The notes under the pieces were generated by a model. The model saw only the letters and a program-made list of their open reading frames with translations, ran no database searches and was not told where the DNA came from. A DNA stretch of 64,000 nucleotides from an uncultured SAR116 cluster alpha proteobacterium (lineage in GTDB: Bacteria > Pseudomonadota > Alphaproteobacteria > Puniceispirillales > Marisalimonadaceae), in contig CACNEF010000004.1 in NCBI GenBank assembly GCA_902619485.1, forward strand, positions 26,021 to 90,020, written 5' to 3'. The stretch's first letter is position 1. Each line of letters starts with the position of its first letter. The position numbers and the translations under genes were made by a program. Below, in pieces: positions 18,958 to 28,725 of the stretch.

Positions 18958-19449
18958 ATGATTTATTTCGAAAAAATTATAGATTTAGTTGCATGGTTAT
19001 CAGCATGGTTATTTTGTATAGCTGGTTTTATGCTTTCATATGAAGTTGTTGCTAGATACTTTTTTTTAGCACCTACTTCGTGGGCGGCCGAACTTAGTCA
19101 ACTTTCACTTATTTATGGTACCTTACTAGCTATGCCTTGGGCATTAAAGTCAAGAAAACATATTCAAATAAATTTAGTAATCAACAAACTATCCAAGACC
19201 TATAAAAAATTAATAAATATTTTAATAATGATAATCTTAATAATTTTTTCTTCATATGTTATGATTTTTGGTTTTGAAATTTTTTACGATTCTTTTTTTA
19301 GAGGTAGGACGACAGGAAGTTTATTAAACCTGCCGTCATGGATTGCTGAGTTGTCTGTCCCATTATGCTTTTTTTTACTTTTCATACAGTCAATTTTTGA
19401 AATTATAAAATTGTTAAAAAATATTGAACCACCAGAAAGTAATCATTAA
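18958..19449 (+). CDS. TRAP transporter small permease DctQ
   Basis: EVVARYFF.APTSWAAE, HI.IN, 4 TM. Confidence 0.9.
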   Translation: MIYFEKIIDLVAWLSAWLFCIAGFMLSYEVVARYFFLAPTSWAAELSQLSLIYGTLLAMPWALKSRKHIQINLVINKLSKTYKKLINILIMIILIIFSSYVMIFGFEIFYDSFFRGRTTGSLLNLPSWIAELSVPLCFFLLFIQSIFEIIKLLKNIEPPESNH

Positions 19450-19451
19450 TT

Positions 19452-20726
19452 ATGACTATACTCTTAGTTCTAACATTGATGTTTGTTTTGTTATTATCTG
19501 GTCTACCGGTATCTTTTTCTCTTGGATTTCTTGGACTTTCAATGTTAATTTTTGGTGGCTTTTCACCTTTAATGGCACCTCAGGCAATTTTGTCGACACT
19601 TGATGGTTTTATTTTACTTGCTGTTCCACTTTTTCTTTTAATGAGTAATGTGCTCCTAAAAGGTGGATGTGGAAAAGATTTATTTAACGCTGTACAAGCC
19701 TGGGTTGGACACTGGCCTGGTGGTCTAGCAGTGGCAACAATTATTTCGTGTGGTATATTTGCTGCTATTTCTGGTGTATCTGTCGCAACAGCAGCTACCA
19801 TTGGTGTTGTTGCAATACCAGAAATGATCAAAAGGGGATATAATAAAAATTTTGTATATGGTCTTTTAGCCGCAGGAGGAACATTAGGAATATTAATACC
19901 TCCAAGTTTGCCAATGATTGTGTATGGGTTTATTACAGAGGAATCTGTAATCGCATTATTTCTTGCAGGTATTGGACCAGGAATATTTTTAATATCTTTG
20001 TTCATTATTTACTCAATAATATTTTCTCAATTTTTTGGTGGTTTTAAAAAATTAGAACCAAGTAGTTGGGAAGTAAAAAAAAATACTTCTAAAAAAGTAA
20101 TTCCTACAATTATTTTAGCTATTTTAATACTTGGTGGAATTTATACAGGTGTATTCACTCCTACTGAGGCTGCTGCTATAGGATTTTCTTTGTCGTTAAT
20201 TATAACTGTTCTTATTTTAAAGACTTTAACTTGGAGTGATTTTAAGGAAGCTGTATTTGAGTCAATGGTAACTACTGCTGCAATTCTGATAATAGTTGCA
20301 TGTGCAAAAACATTCGGAAAGGCAATTGCACTATATAGAATTCCTCAGGATATATCTTACTTCATTAGTTCAACCATCGATACAAAAGCTCTTTTCATGA
20401 TTGTCGTATGTATAATTCTAGTTGCCATGGGATTAGTTTTTGAAACTTTGTCAATGGTTATAATAATGGTACCAGTTCTATTGCCAGCAGCGATGGCAAT
20501 AGGGGTGGATCCTATTTGGTTTGGTATTTTTATGGTTATTATGGTTGAGTGTGCTTTGATTACACCTCCCGTGGGATTGAATCTTTATGTAATACAGTCT
20601 GTAGCAAAAACTCAATTAGGGGAGGTCGCTAAAGGTGTGTTCCCTTTTATAGTGATGATGATTTTCACAGTTTTTGTTATGTACATATGGCCTGACTTAG
20701 CACTTTATATTCCTTTTAAATTATAA
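19452..20726 (+). CDS. TRAP transporter large permease DctM
   Basis: LAVPLF, GTLGILIPPS, FTPTEAA, ITPPVGLNL. Confidence 0.95.
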   Translation: MTILLVLTLMFVLLLSGLPVSFSLGFLGLSMLIFGGFSPLMAPQAILSTLDGFILLAVPLFLLMSNVLLKGGCGKDLFNAVQAWVGHWPGGLAVATIISCGIFAAISGVSVATAATIGVVAIPEMIKRGYNKNFVYGLLAAGGTLGILIPPSLPMIVYGFITEESVIALFLAGIGPGIFLISLFIIYSIIFSQFFGGFKKLEPSSWEVKKNTSKKVIPTIILAILILGGIYTGVFTPTEAAAIGFSLSLIITVLILKTLTWSDFKEAVFESMVTTAAILIIVACAKTFGKAIALYRIPQDISYFISSTIDTKALFMIVVCIILVAMGLVFETLSMVIIMVPVLLPAAMAIGVDPIWFGIFMVIMVECALITPPVGLNLYVIQSVAKTQLGEVAKGVFPFIVMMIFTVFVMYIWPDLALYIPFKL

Positions 20727-20760
20727 ATTTTTATGAAATAGTTATTCAGGGGATTTTGAA

Positions 20761-21660
20761 ATGGAAAATAAAACAGCTTTAATTAAAAAAATAAGTCAGC
20801 CTAATAATTTAAGAAAAATTTTAAATGAAAAATCATTTGTGCCAATACCGTCATGTTTTGATGCTTTATCTGCTAAATTGATTGAACAAGCTAATTTTGA
20901 TGCAACGTTTATGTCAGGGTTCGCCGCGTCTGCTTCTAGGATAGGATCTCCAGATCTTGGACTCATGACCTTTTCAGAGGTTTTTGATCAGGCTAATAAT
21001 ATCTGCAATGCGATTGAAATACCGATGATTGTAGACGGAGATACTGGATATGGAAATGCTATGAATGTACGAAGAACATTAAAGGAATGTTCCAAGGCAG
21101 GTTGTGCTGGCATTTTAATTGAAGATCAATTAGCACCAAAGCGTTGCGGTCATACACCAGGAAAAGACGTGGTTAATCGAGAAGAAGCGTTTGATCGGAT
21201 AAGAGCAGCTAGCGATATGAGGAATGAAGGATATGATATTTTAATTATGGCAAGAACTGACGCCAATCACACTCATGGTCTAAGTGAAGCAATATCAAGA
21301 TCACAAAAATTTTATGAACTTGGAGCAGACATCATGTTTATTGAAGCCCCAAAAAACACAGAAGAAATGAGAACAATCTGTAAAGAAGTTCCAGGTGATA
21401 AAATTGCTAATATTGTTGAAGGTGGCATTACACCAAATTTATCTATGAAAGAATTATCAGAAATTGGTTATAAACTTGCTGTGTACCCACTTACAGTTAT
21501 GAGTTCAGCAATGAAAGCAATGATAAACTCTTTAAATTTGCTAATGAAAGATGAAGATAGGTCTGGGTTATTACTAGATTTTAGTGATTTAAGACAAAAA
21601 ATTGGATTTGATGATTATTACGAAATATCAAGCAAGTACGAAACTTCAAAAAGAAGTTGA
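20761..21660 (+). CDS. Isocitrate lyase/PEP mutase family protein (C-C lyase type)
   Basis: DALSAK, DGDTGYG, IEDQ..PKRCGH, ARTDA. Confidence 0.92.
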   Translation: MENKTALIKKISQPNNLRKILNEKSFVPIPSCFDALSAKLIEQANFDATFMSGFAASASRIGSPDLGLMTFSEVFDQANNICNAIEIPMIVDGDTGYGNAMNVRRTLKECSKAGCAGILIEDQLAPKRCGHTPGKDVVNREEAFDRIRAASDMRNEGYDILIMARTDANHTHGLSEAISRSQKFYELGADIMFIEAPKNTEEMRTICKEVPGDKIANIVEGGITPNLSMKELSEIGYKLAVYPLTVMSSAMKAMINSLNLLMKDEDRSGLLLDFSDLRQKIGFDDYYEISSKYETSKRS

Positions 21661-21687
21661 TAATTTTTAGATGGGGAGAATTGTTTA

Positions 21688-22734
21688 ATGAAGAGTTATC
21701 AGGTTGTTGAGTTTGGTGAACCTTTAGAATTAAGAGAATATGAAAATCCACAACCTAAAGGAGATGAAGTTCTTGTAAAGATTACAGCTTGTGGTGTTTG
21801 TCACAGTGATCTTCATTTGGCGGATGGTTATTTTGATTTAGGAGATGGAAAAAAAATAACATTGGCTGATAGAGGAACAAAATTACCATTTACGCCAGGA
21901 CACGAGATTACTGGAACTGTAGTAGCTTTGGGTGAGAATGTAAAAGATATTAAAATAGGTGATGCTGGAATAGTATTTCCATGGATTGGTTGTGGAAAAT
22001 GTGCAGCTTGTTTAGAAAATAATGAAACATTATGCGAGGCTCCTAAGTATTTAGGCGCTCGTCTTGATGGAGGTTATTCGGATCACATAATTGTACCTCA
22101 TAGTAAATATATAGTTTCTTACGGTGACATGGATCCCGCGCAAGCAGCACCATACGCATGTTCAGGTCTAACTGCGTTTAGTGCTCTAAAAAAAATTCCT
22201 ACAACTTTAAAAGATGATTGGATTATTATTATTGGTGCAGGTGGTGTTGGTATAAATGGTATTTTATTATCTCCTGCAGTACAAAAAGCAAAAATTTTAG
22301 TTATAGATAAAGATCCAGAAAAAAGAAAAAAAGCTATTGAAGCTGGTGCAAATGAAGCTTTTTCACCAGATGAAGAGACTGAAATTAGAAATAAAATTGG
22401 TATTGGATCAGCAGCAGCAATAGACTTTGTTGGAAGACCAGAAACCACTGACTTTGGTCTTTCATTAGTAAAAAAAGGTGGAATGGTAATTGTGGTAGGT
22501 TTGTACGGTGGTTCGCTAAAATTATCATTACCATTGGTACCAATGAGATCTATGACGCTTAAAGGTTCTTATGTAGGAGAGTTAAGAGAATTAAAAGAAC
22601 TTGTTAAAATTATCAAATCCGGCAAAATAAAATTAATACCTGTAAAAAAACAAGGATTAGAAACAGCAAATCAAGCAATGTCTGATCTACGATCGGGTAA
22701 AGTTAATGGAAGAATAGTTTTAGTCCCAAATTAG
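21688..22734 (+). CDS. Zn-dependent alcohol dehydrogenase, 6-hydroxyhexanoate dehydrogenase-like
   Basis: CGVCHSDLH..DGYFDLG.GK insertion, GHE, CGKCAAC..C structural Zn, GAGGVG. Confidence 0.88.
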   Translation: MKSYQVVEFGEPLELREYENPQPKGDEVLVKITACGVCHSDLHLADGYFDLGDGKKITLADRGTKLPFTPGHEITGTVVALGENVKDIKIGDAGIVFPWIGCGKCAACLENNETLCEAPKYLGARLDGGYSDHIIVPHSKYIVSYGDMDPAQAAPYACSGLTAFSALKKIPTTLKDDWIIIIGAGGVGINGILLSPAVQKAKILVIDKDPEKRKKAIEAGANEAFSPDEETEIRNKIGIGSAAAIDFVGRPETTDFGLSLVKKGGMVIVVGLYGGSLKLSLPLVPMRSMTLKGSYVGELRELKELVKIIKSGKIKLIPVKKQGLETANQAMSDLRSGKVNGRIVLVPN

Positions 22735-22766
22735 AAATATAAAAATATAAAAAAAGAGATCAGATT

Positions 22767-23408
22767 ATGAGTGAAAAGAAAAATTTTAGCGGTGACTATC
22801 ATCATCAACATGATCACGCGCATTCACATTTACCATCAGATCCTGAATTAAGGGTAAAAGCCTTAGAGACTTTGCTTTTAAACAAAGGATTGATTGACTC
22901 TGAAACGTTAGATGAATTGATTGACACTTATGAAAATCGAATAGGACCTAAAAATGGTGCAAAAGTAGTAGCTAAAGCCTGGGTAGATCCAGAATATAAA
23001 AAAAGACTTTTGAATGACGCTACATCAGCAATTAGAGAATTGAGTTACCAAGGAAGACAGGGTGAAAATATGGTTGTTGTTGAAAACACACCTGAAACTC
23101 ATAATGTAATAGTTTGTACATTATGTAGTTGTTATCCATGGCCAGTCCTTGGTATTCCGCCAACTTGGTATAAAAGTGATGAATATAGATCAAGAACAGT
23201 AAGAGAACCTAGAAAAGTTCTTTTAGAATTTGGTTTATCTTTAAATCCAAAAGTTCAGATAAAAGTATGGGATTCAACCGCTGAAATAAGATATTTGGTA
23301 TTACCAATGAGACCAAAAGGTACTGAAAACATGGATGAAAGTGGACTTGCAAAATTGGTAACAAGAAATTCAATGATAGGAACTGGATTACCAAAGGAAA
23401 TAAAATGA
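22767..23408 (+). CDS. nthA: Cobalt-type nitrile hydratase alpha subunit
   Basis: [10 protein letters not shown] metal-binding motif (Thr/Tyr indicate Co type), [16 protein letters not shown]. Confidence 0.97.
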   Translation: MSEKKNFSGDYHHQHDHAHSHLPSDPELRVKALETLLLNKGLIDSETLDELIDTYENRIGPKNGAKVVAKAWVDPEYKKRLLNDATSAIRELSYQGRQGENMVVVENTPETHNVIVCTLCSCYPWPVLGIPPTWYKSDEYRSRTVREPRKVLLEFGLSLNPKVQIKVWDSTAEIRYLVLPMRPKGTENMDESGLAKLVTRNSMIGTGLPKEIK

Positions 23409-24145
23409 GTAGATTGCACGACATGGGTGGTCGTTTTGGTGATGGACCAATTTCTATTCCAAGAGATAACGATAATGAAATAACCAAATCTGAACCAACC
23501 TTCAAGTATGAGTGGCATGCAAAGGCATGGGCAATTACTCTGGCAGCTGGAGCTCTTGGTGAATGGAATCTAGATGTTAGTCGTCATTATAGAGAATGTT
23601 TGCCACCAAAAGATTATATAAATTTTTCTTATTACGAAAAATGGTTGGCAGCTCTTACTAATCTTTTAATTGATAAAAAACTTATTTCATTAACTGAATT
23701 AAAAGAATATGTTTCTGCAGCTGAAAATGGAACTATAAAAAAAATTTCTGATAACAACATCAAACTCGATCAAAGAACCTGGTTAGCCAAAGATGTTCAG
23801 AAAACATTAGGTTGGGGAGGTCCTTCTATTAGAGAAATAAATATAAGCCCTGTTTTTAATATAGGCGATAAAGTTATTACACAAAATTATAGTCCAAATA
23901 AAGATGTTAATGGTGGACACACTCGTTTGCCAAAATACGCTATGGGAAGAGTGGGTGTAATTCATTCTTACAAAAATAATCATGTTTTTCCTGATAAAAA
24001 TGCTCATGGTTTGGGAGAGAACCCTTTACCATTATATACTGTAGAGTTTAAATCTTCAGAGCTATGGGGAGAATTGGCTGAGAATCAAAATGACAGTATC
24101 CTTTTAGACTTATGGGAACCATATCTAAACCGTTTTCCAAATTAA
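23405..24145 (+). CDS. nthB: Nitrile hydratase beta subunit
   Basis: HDMGG, SYYEKW, HTRLPKY, YTVEF..ELWG, LWEPYL; starts 4 bp inside the end of nthA. Confidence 0.95.
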   Translation: MSRLHDMGGRFGDGPISIPRDNDNEITKSEPTFKYEWHAKAWAITLAAGALGEWNLDVSRHYRECLPPKDYINFSYYEKWLAALTNLLIDKKLISLTELKEYVSAAENGTIKKISDNNIKLDQRTWLAKDVQKTLGWGGPSIREINISPVFNIGDKVITQNYSPNKDVNGGHTRLPKYAMGRVGVIHSYKNNHVFPDKNAHGLGENPLPLYTVEFKSSELWGELAENQNDSILLDLWEPYLNRFPN

Positions 24146-24158
24146 TCTTAAAAATATA

Positions 24159-24518
24159 ATGAATTCTGATTATAAATTACCTTTTACGAATAAAACTGAT
24201 GATCAAATTGTTTTCCAAAATCCCTGGCATAGTCAATTATTTGCGATTACAGTTCAAATGTCAGAGAAAGGAAATTTTAACTGGAAAGAGTTTGTAGAAG
24301 TTTTTGGAGAAACCCTAAAAAAACAGAGAACATACTTAAATAACTTAAATGGAAGTAATGATTATTTTTCTTGTTGGTTAAACGCACTTGAAGAAATCCT
24401 TATTATAAAAAAAATAAGTAATAGAGATACTTTGACGTTATTAAAAGAGGATTGGATTGAGGCTTATTTATCTACACCTCATGGCAAACCAGTAAATATT
24501 AAAAATAGGAGTGTTTAA
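24159..24518 (+). CDS. Nitrile hydratase accessory (activator/metallochaperone) protein
   Basis: F..PW...FA, F.W.EF, Y...WL.ALE, TPHGKP motifs; follows nthB. Confidence 0.88.
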   Translation: MNSDYKLPFTNKTDDQIVFQNPWHSQLFAITVQMSEKGNFNWKEFVEVFGETLKKQRTYLNNLNGSNDYFSCWLNALEEILIIKKISNRDTLTLLKEDWIEAYLSTPHGKPVNIKNRSV

Positions 24519-25658
24519 ATGTCAATTAAATGTAAAGCTGCAGTTATTAGAAATAATAAATTAACTGCCCCATATAAAGACTCTAAGCCACTATCTATTG
24601 AGGAAATCAAAATATCACCTCCTCTTGAAAATGAAGTGCTTGTGAAGGTTATGGGAGCTGGTCTCTGTCATTCTGACTTGTCAGTTATTAATGGATCCAG
24701 AGTGATGCCCTTGCCATTAGTAATTGGCCATGAAGGTTCGGGTGAAGTAGTTGAGTTAGGAAGTGCTGTTAAAGACATAAAAGTTGGAGATCATGTCGCT
24801 TTTCAATTTTCACCTTCTTGTGGAAGATGTAGAAGATGTCTTGAAGGAAGACCTCAAGTATGTGAACTCGCAGCTGCAACTAAAGGTAAAGGTGATTTAA
24901 TGTCAGGTGGAAGCAGATTGACAGATATGGAGGGCAATAGGCTTAATCACCATACTGGGATATCGTGTATGTCTCAATATAATGTAGTAGATAGAGGATC
25001 TGTAGTTGTAATTGATAAAGCCTTTAATATTGAAGATGCAGCTCTTTTTGGGTGTGCTGTTATGACTGGTGTAGGAGCAGTAATTAATACTGCTAGAATA
25101 AGACCTGGAGATTCAGTTGCAATTATTGGATTAGGAGGTGTAGGGCTAAATGGTATAATTGGTGCAAAACTAGCAGGAGCTGAAACTATAATTGCAGTTG
25201 ATATTGATCCATCAAAATTTAGTAGAGCAGAAGAACTTGGTGCAACACATTGTTTTGATAGTAGAAACAATAATATGGTTGAACAAATAAGGGATTTAAC
25301 AAATGGTGGTGTTGACTATGCTATTGATCTAGCTGGTGTAATACAAGCCATGGATACCGCTTATCAAATAATAAGATATGGAGGCTCTGTGGTTACTGCA
25401 GGTTTATCGCCAATAAATACTAAATTTAGTTTTAATCATAGTGATTTAGTTGCACAGGAAAAATCAATTTTAGGAAGCTATATGGGCTCATGTGTTCCCG
25501 TAAGAGATGTACCTAGATTTTTAAACTTATATAAACAAGGACGTTTGCCAGTAGATAAGCTAATAGATGGGAAAATTACATTTGATAACTTGAATGAAGG
25601 TTTTGATAAATTGTCAAAGGGTGAAGTTGTTAGACAAATACTAATGCCAAATGCATAG
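24519..25658 (+). CDS. Zn-dependent alcohol dehydrogenase (liver ADH-like class)
   Basis: GLCHSDLSVING, GHE, CGRCRRC..C, LFGCAVMTG, GLGGVG, GSYMGSCVP. Confidence 0.9.
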   Translation: MSIKCKAAVIRNNKLTAPYKDSKPLSIEEIKISPPLENEVLVKVMGAGLCHSDLSVINGSRVMPLPLVIGHEGSGEVVELGSAVKDIKVGDHVAFQFSPSCGRCRRCLEGRPQVCELAAATKGKGDLMSGGSRLTDMEGNRLNHHTGISCMSQYNVVDRGSVVVIDKAFNIEDAALFGCAVMTGVGAVINTARIRPGDSVAIIGLGGVGLNGIIGAKLAGAETIIAVDIDPSKFSRAEELGATHCFDSRNNNMVEQIRDLTNGGVDYAIDLAGVIQAMDTAYQIIRYGGSVVTAGLSPINTKFSFNHSDLVAQEKSILGSYMGSCVPVRDVPRFLNLYKQGRLPVDKLIDGKITFDNLNEGFDKLSKGEVVRQILMPNA

Positions 25659-25661
25659 CTT

Positions 25662-26462
25662 TTATATCATTTTCCAATTTTTATAAAATATGCTCCTACT
25701 ATTTTTTAATAAAAAACCGACAGATTTTAAAATCAGTTGTATTATATTGTCTAAATGCGAAGGCCTAATAATATCAATAAAAGCACAAAATCTTAAATCA
25801 TCTTCTTCGTTAAAGCTTTGATGTATTAATGTATCATCAAAAATAAACAATGGATCAGACTTCCACATATGAATTCTACCGTCAGCTTCAATAAAAGAAC
25901 CTTCATTTTTTACTTTATTAAAATTATACAAAATTCGATAAGTCAATCTTAGAGGCCCAAAATGTCTAGACGTTGAAGTCTTCTCTCTAAAAAGTGAAAC
26001 ACCAATAGTTTTTATATATTTATATTCATTATTAAATTCTTCAATTGAATCATCCAGTTGATATCCATACCATTTATAAAATAACATTGTTCTATTATCA
26101 TTTGGATTTTCTTTAAATCTCTTTGTGATTTCTTTAGATTTTTTATCAAACAGCGAAATAACTTCTTTGATTTCATTTTGATGACCTTGGGGAAGATCTT
26201 CAATTTTATAAGTATGAAGATTTCTAAGCGACAAAAGATCAGATAAAAGATTTAATGGTGATAGTAAAAAAGTTAAAAAACCTTTACCTATGAAATATTC
26301 TTTAATTAAATTGAGATCCATTGTTTTGTGTCTAGAAACGTCAATTAATCCACATAAAAACCATAATGGAAATATTGCCCATATTCCAATATTTATAAAA
26401 AGGAAAATTGTGCTTAGCATTAAAGGTATTAATAAAATTAATTTAAATAAGATGTCCATCAC
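25662..26462 (-). CDS. Aspartyl/asparaginyl beta-hydroxylase family (LpxO-like) Fe/2OG dioxygenase, membrane-anchored
   Basis: N-terminal TM, 'LLSPLNL', RHFGP, FDDTLIHQSFN, R.CAFIDIIRP. Confidence 0.8.
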   Translation of the reverse strand: MMDILFKLILLIPLMLSTIFLFINIGIWAIFPLWFLCGLIDVSRHKTMDLNLIKEYFIGKGFLTFLLSPLNLLSDLLSLRNLHTYKIEDLPQGHQNEIKEVISLFDKKSKEITKRFKENPNDNRTMLFYKWYGYQLDDSIEEFNNEYKYIKTIGVSLFREKTSTSRHFGPLRLTYRILYNFNKVKNEGSFIEADGRIHMWKSDPLFIFDDTLIHQSFNEEDDLRFCAFIDIIRPSHLDNIIQLILKSVGFLLKNSRSIFYKNWKMI

Positions 26463-26590
26463 AAACGATAACTAAAATTAATATATACATAACCTATAAT
26501 TTTAAGAAATATCTATCAACTTATATTTAGATTGTTTGAAAAATAAAAATTTAATATTGTAATTATAAAACTATAAAGGGGGATAAAATA

Positions 26591-27076
26591 ATGCCTAGCT
26601 TTGATATAGTAAGTAAAATAGACATGCCTTCAGTTCAAAATGGTTTAGATGGTGTCAAAAAAGAAATTAGTACCAGGTACGATTTTAAAGGAAGTATGTG
26701 TGGAGTAGAACAACAAGAAGACAAGATTATAATTAGAGCTGATGACGATTTAAAAAGAAAGCAAGTTGAAGAACTTATTATCACACACCTTACCAGAAAA
26801 AAGGTAGATACAGGTGCGTTGGAATTCGAAAAACCAGAAGCCGCATCAGGTAATTCTATCAGACAAATTGTATTAATCAAACAAGGTATTGATAGAGAAG
26901 TAGCTCAAAAGATAGTAAAGGCAATTAAATCTTCAAAAAGTAAAGTTCAAACATCTATACAAGGAGATGAAGTTAGAGTTTCTGGGAAAAAAAGAGACGA
27001 TCTTCAAGCAGCAATTAAATTAATAAAAGAATTAAATATTAAACATCCATTACAGTATGAAAATTTTAGAGACTAG
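26591..27076 (+). CDS. yajQ: YajQ family nucleotide-binding protein
   Basis: MPSFDIVS, RYDFKG, VRVSGKKRDDLQ, NFRD. Confidence 0.96.
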   Translation: MPSFDIVSKIDMPSVQNGLDGVKKEISTRYDFKGSMCGVEQQEDKIIIRADDDLKRKQVEELIITHLTRKKVDTGALEFEKPEAASGNSIRQIVLIKQGIDREVAQKIVKAIKSSKSKVQTSIQGDEVRVSGKKRDDLQAAIKLIKELNIKHPLQYENFRD

Positions 27077-27960
27077 AATTTTATTATTTTTGCTCTTTTA
27101 TCTCTACTTCCCCATGAAGATGAATTTACTGCAGTAAAAAATTTAAGTAAATGATTATTAAATAAATCTGGCTCTTCTAAGTTGATTGTGTGACCTGTTT
27201 TAGGAACTATTAACAATCCGGCTGTCTTAATAGTTCTTTTTAAATATAAACCAACTTCTAGACACATATCATCCTCATCACCGTTTATAATTAGTGTTGG
27301 ACAATTAATACCTCTTATTTTCTCTTCTAAAGAATATAAGTTAGGTCTTTTATTTTGAACGCCCAATAAAGTATTGGCTGAACCGACAGGATCATGTTTT
27401 ATTAGTTGGTCGTTAAATAATTGCCAACCTTTTGGATCTTTATTTTGAAATTGAACTCTAGAAGGACCTAGAGCATATTCTGATCCAAATTTACCCATAC
27501 CCTCATTTAAAATAATTTTTGCACTATCCAAGGAAATATTAGAAAAGTCTGCTTCTTTATTGAAACTTGTTTTATCGACTGGTATGGCACCATATCCACA
27601 CCCTGCTATTACTAGACTGAACACTCTATCTTGAGCATTTATTCCTAAATGAAGCGTTGCAAATCCTCCCATGGATAAACCAACAATATGTGCTTTTTCA
27701 ATTTTCAAATTATCCATTACGCTCAAAATATCACGCCATGCTCTTTCTTGGCTATAACTACTTTCGTTTTTGGGAACATCAGATGGTGGGTAACCTCTAG
27801 CACAGAATGATATGCATTGATAATATCTAGATAAATAATTAATTTGAGGTTCCCAACTTCTATAATCACCAGCAAATTCGTGAACAAAAATTATCGGCTC
27901 ACCTTTACCAATCGACTCATAAAATAATTTTATATTATCATCAGTTTTTATAAATGACAT
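27073..27960 (-). CDS. Alpha/beta hydrolase
   Basis: VHEFAGD, RGYPPS, GLSMGG, GDED, GHTINLEEP. Confidence 0.9.
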   Translation of the reverse strand: MSFIKTDDNIKLFYESIGKGEPIIFVHEFAGDYRSWEPQINYLSRYYQCISFCARGYPPSDVPKNESSYSQERAWRDILSVMDNLKIEKAHIVGLSMGGFATLHLGINAQDRVFSLVIAGCGYGAIPVDKTSFNKEADFSNISLDSAKIILNEGMGKFGSEYALGPSRVQFQNKDPKGWQLFNDQLIKHDPVGSANTLLGVQNKRPNLYSLEEKIRGINCPTLIINGDEDDMCLEVGLYLKRTIKTAGLLIVPKTGHTINLEEPDLFNNHLLKFFTAVNSSSWGSRDKRAKIIKF

Positions 27961-28032
27961 TTATAATTCCCCATTATAATCTAGTTAGGATATAATAATT
28001 TAAATCAATCCAAATGTAGTTGGTCGTTTAAT

Positions 28033-28725
28033 ATGGATATTTATCACCATTTAAGTTCAGATTTTACTTCAATTTTAATTACATTAAAGTTAGCTATTAT
28101 TACTTGTTTTTTTCTCGCCTTAATAGGTACCCCTTTAGCTTATTTTTTAGCATTTAAGTCAAGAAAGACCAAACCATTTATTGAAACAATAGTGACACTA
28201 CCACTTGTGTTACCACCCACAGTTATTGGTTTTTATCTAATTATATTTTTTAATCCTGAAACAGTATTTGGTAAAATTTTTATACTTCTAACTGGAGAAC
28301 AATTAATTTTTTCGTTCTATGGCTTAGTTCTGGCTTCTATTATTTATTCTATGCCTTTTTGGGTTCAACCTCTTCAAGCGTCATTTGAGAAAATTGGAAG
28401 AGATACTATTAGAACTTCTCTTAGTTTAGGAGCTGGTTCATTAGGAACTTTTTTACATGTAATAATGCCTTTATGTAAAAAAGGATTTTTAACGTCTTTT
28501 ATAATATCCTTTGCGCACACCCTGGGTGAATTTGGTATCGTTTTAATGGTTGGAGGTGGTATTCATGGTAAAACAAAAGTAATTGCTATTTCGATTTATG
28601 ATCATGTAGAACAATTATCATTTGGAAAGGCACATATTTTAGCAGGTGGAATGTTAATTTTATCATTTATTATATTATTAACTCTATTTTATTTTAACAA
28701 AAGAACAGTTGTAAGAATTAAATAA
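28033..28725 (+). CDS. modB: Molybdate ABC transporter permease
   Basis: LPLVLPPTVIGFYL, FAHTLGEFG.VLMVGG. Confidence 0.95.
   Translation: MDIYHHLSSDFTSILITLKLAIITCFFLALIGTPLAYFLAFKSRKTKPFIETIVTLPLVLPPTVIGFYLIIFFNPETVFGKIFILLTGEQLIFSFYGLVLASIIYSMPFWVQPLQASFEKIGRDTIRTSLSLGAGSLGTFLHVIMPLCKKGFLTSFIISFAHTLGEFGIVLMVGGGIHGKTKVIAISIYDHVEQLSFGKAHILAGGMLILSFIILLTLFYFNKRTVVRIK

Noticed and set aside
20761-21660. Phosphonate biosynthesis PEP mutase (with the TPP enzyme as phosphonopyruvate decarboxylase)
   Set aside because: Has the lyase-type KRCGH loop, not the PepM EDKxxxxxNS signature; the TPP enzyme is AceE-like
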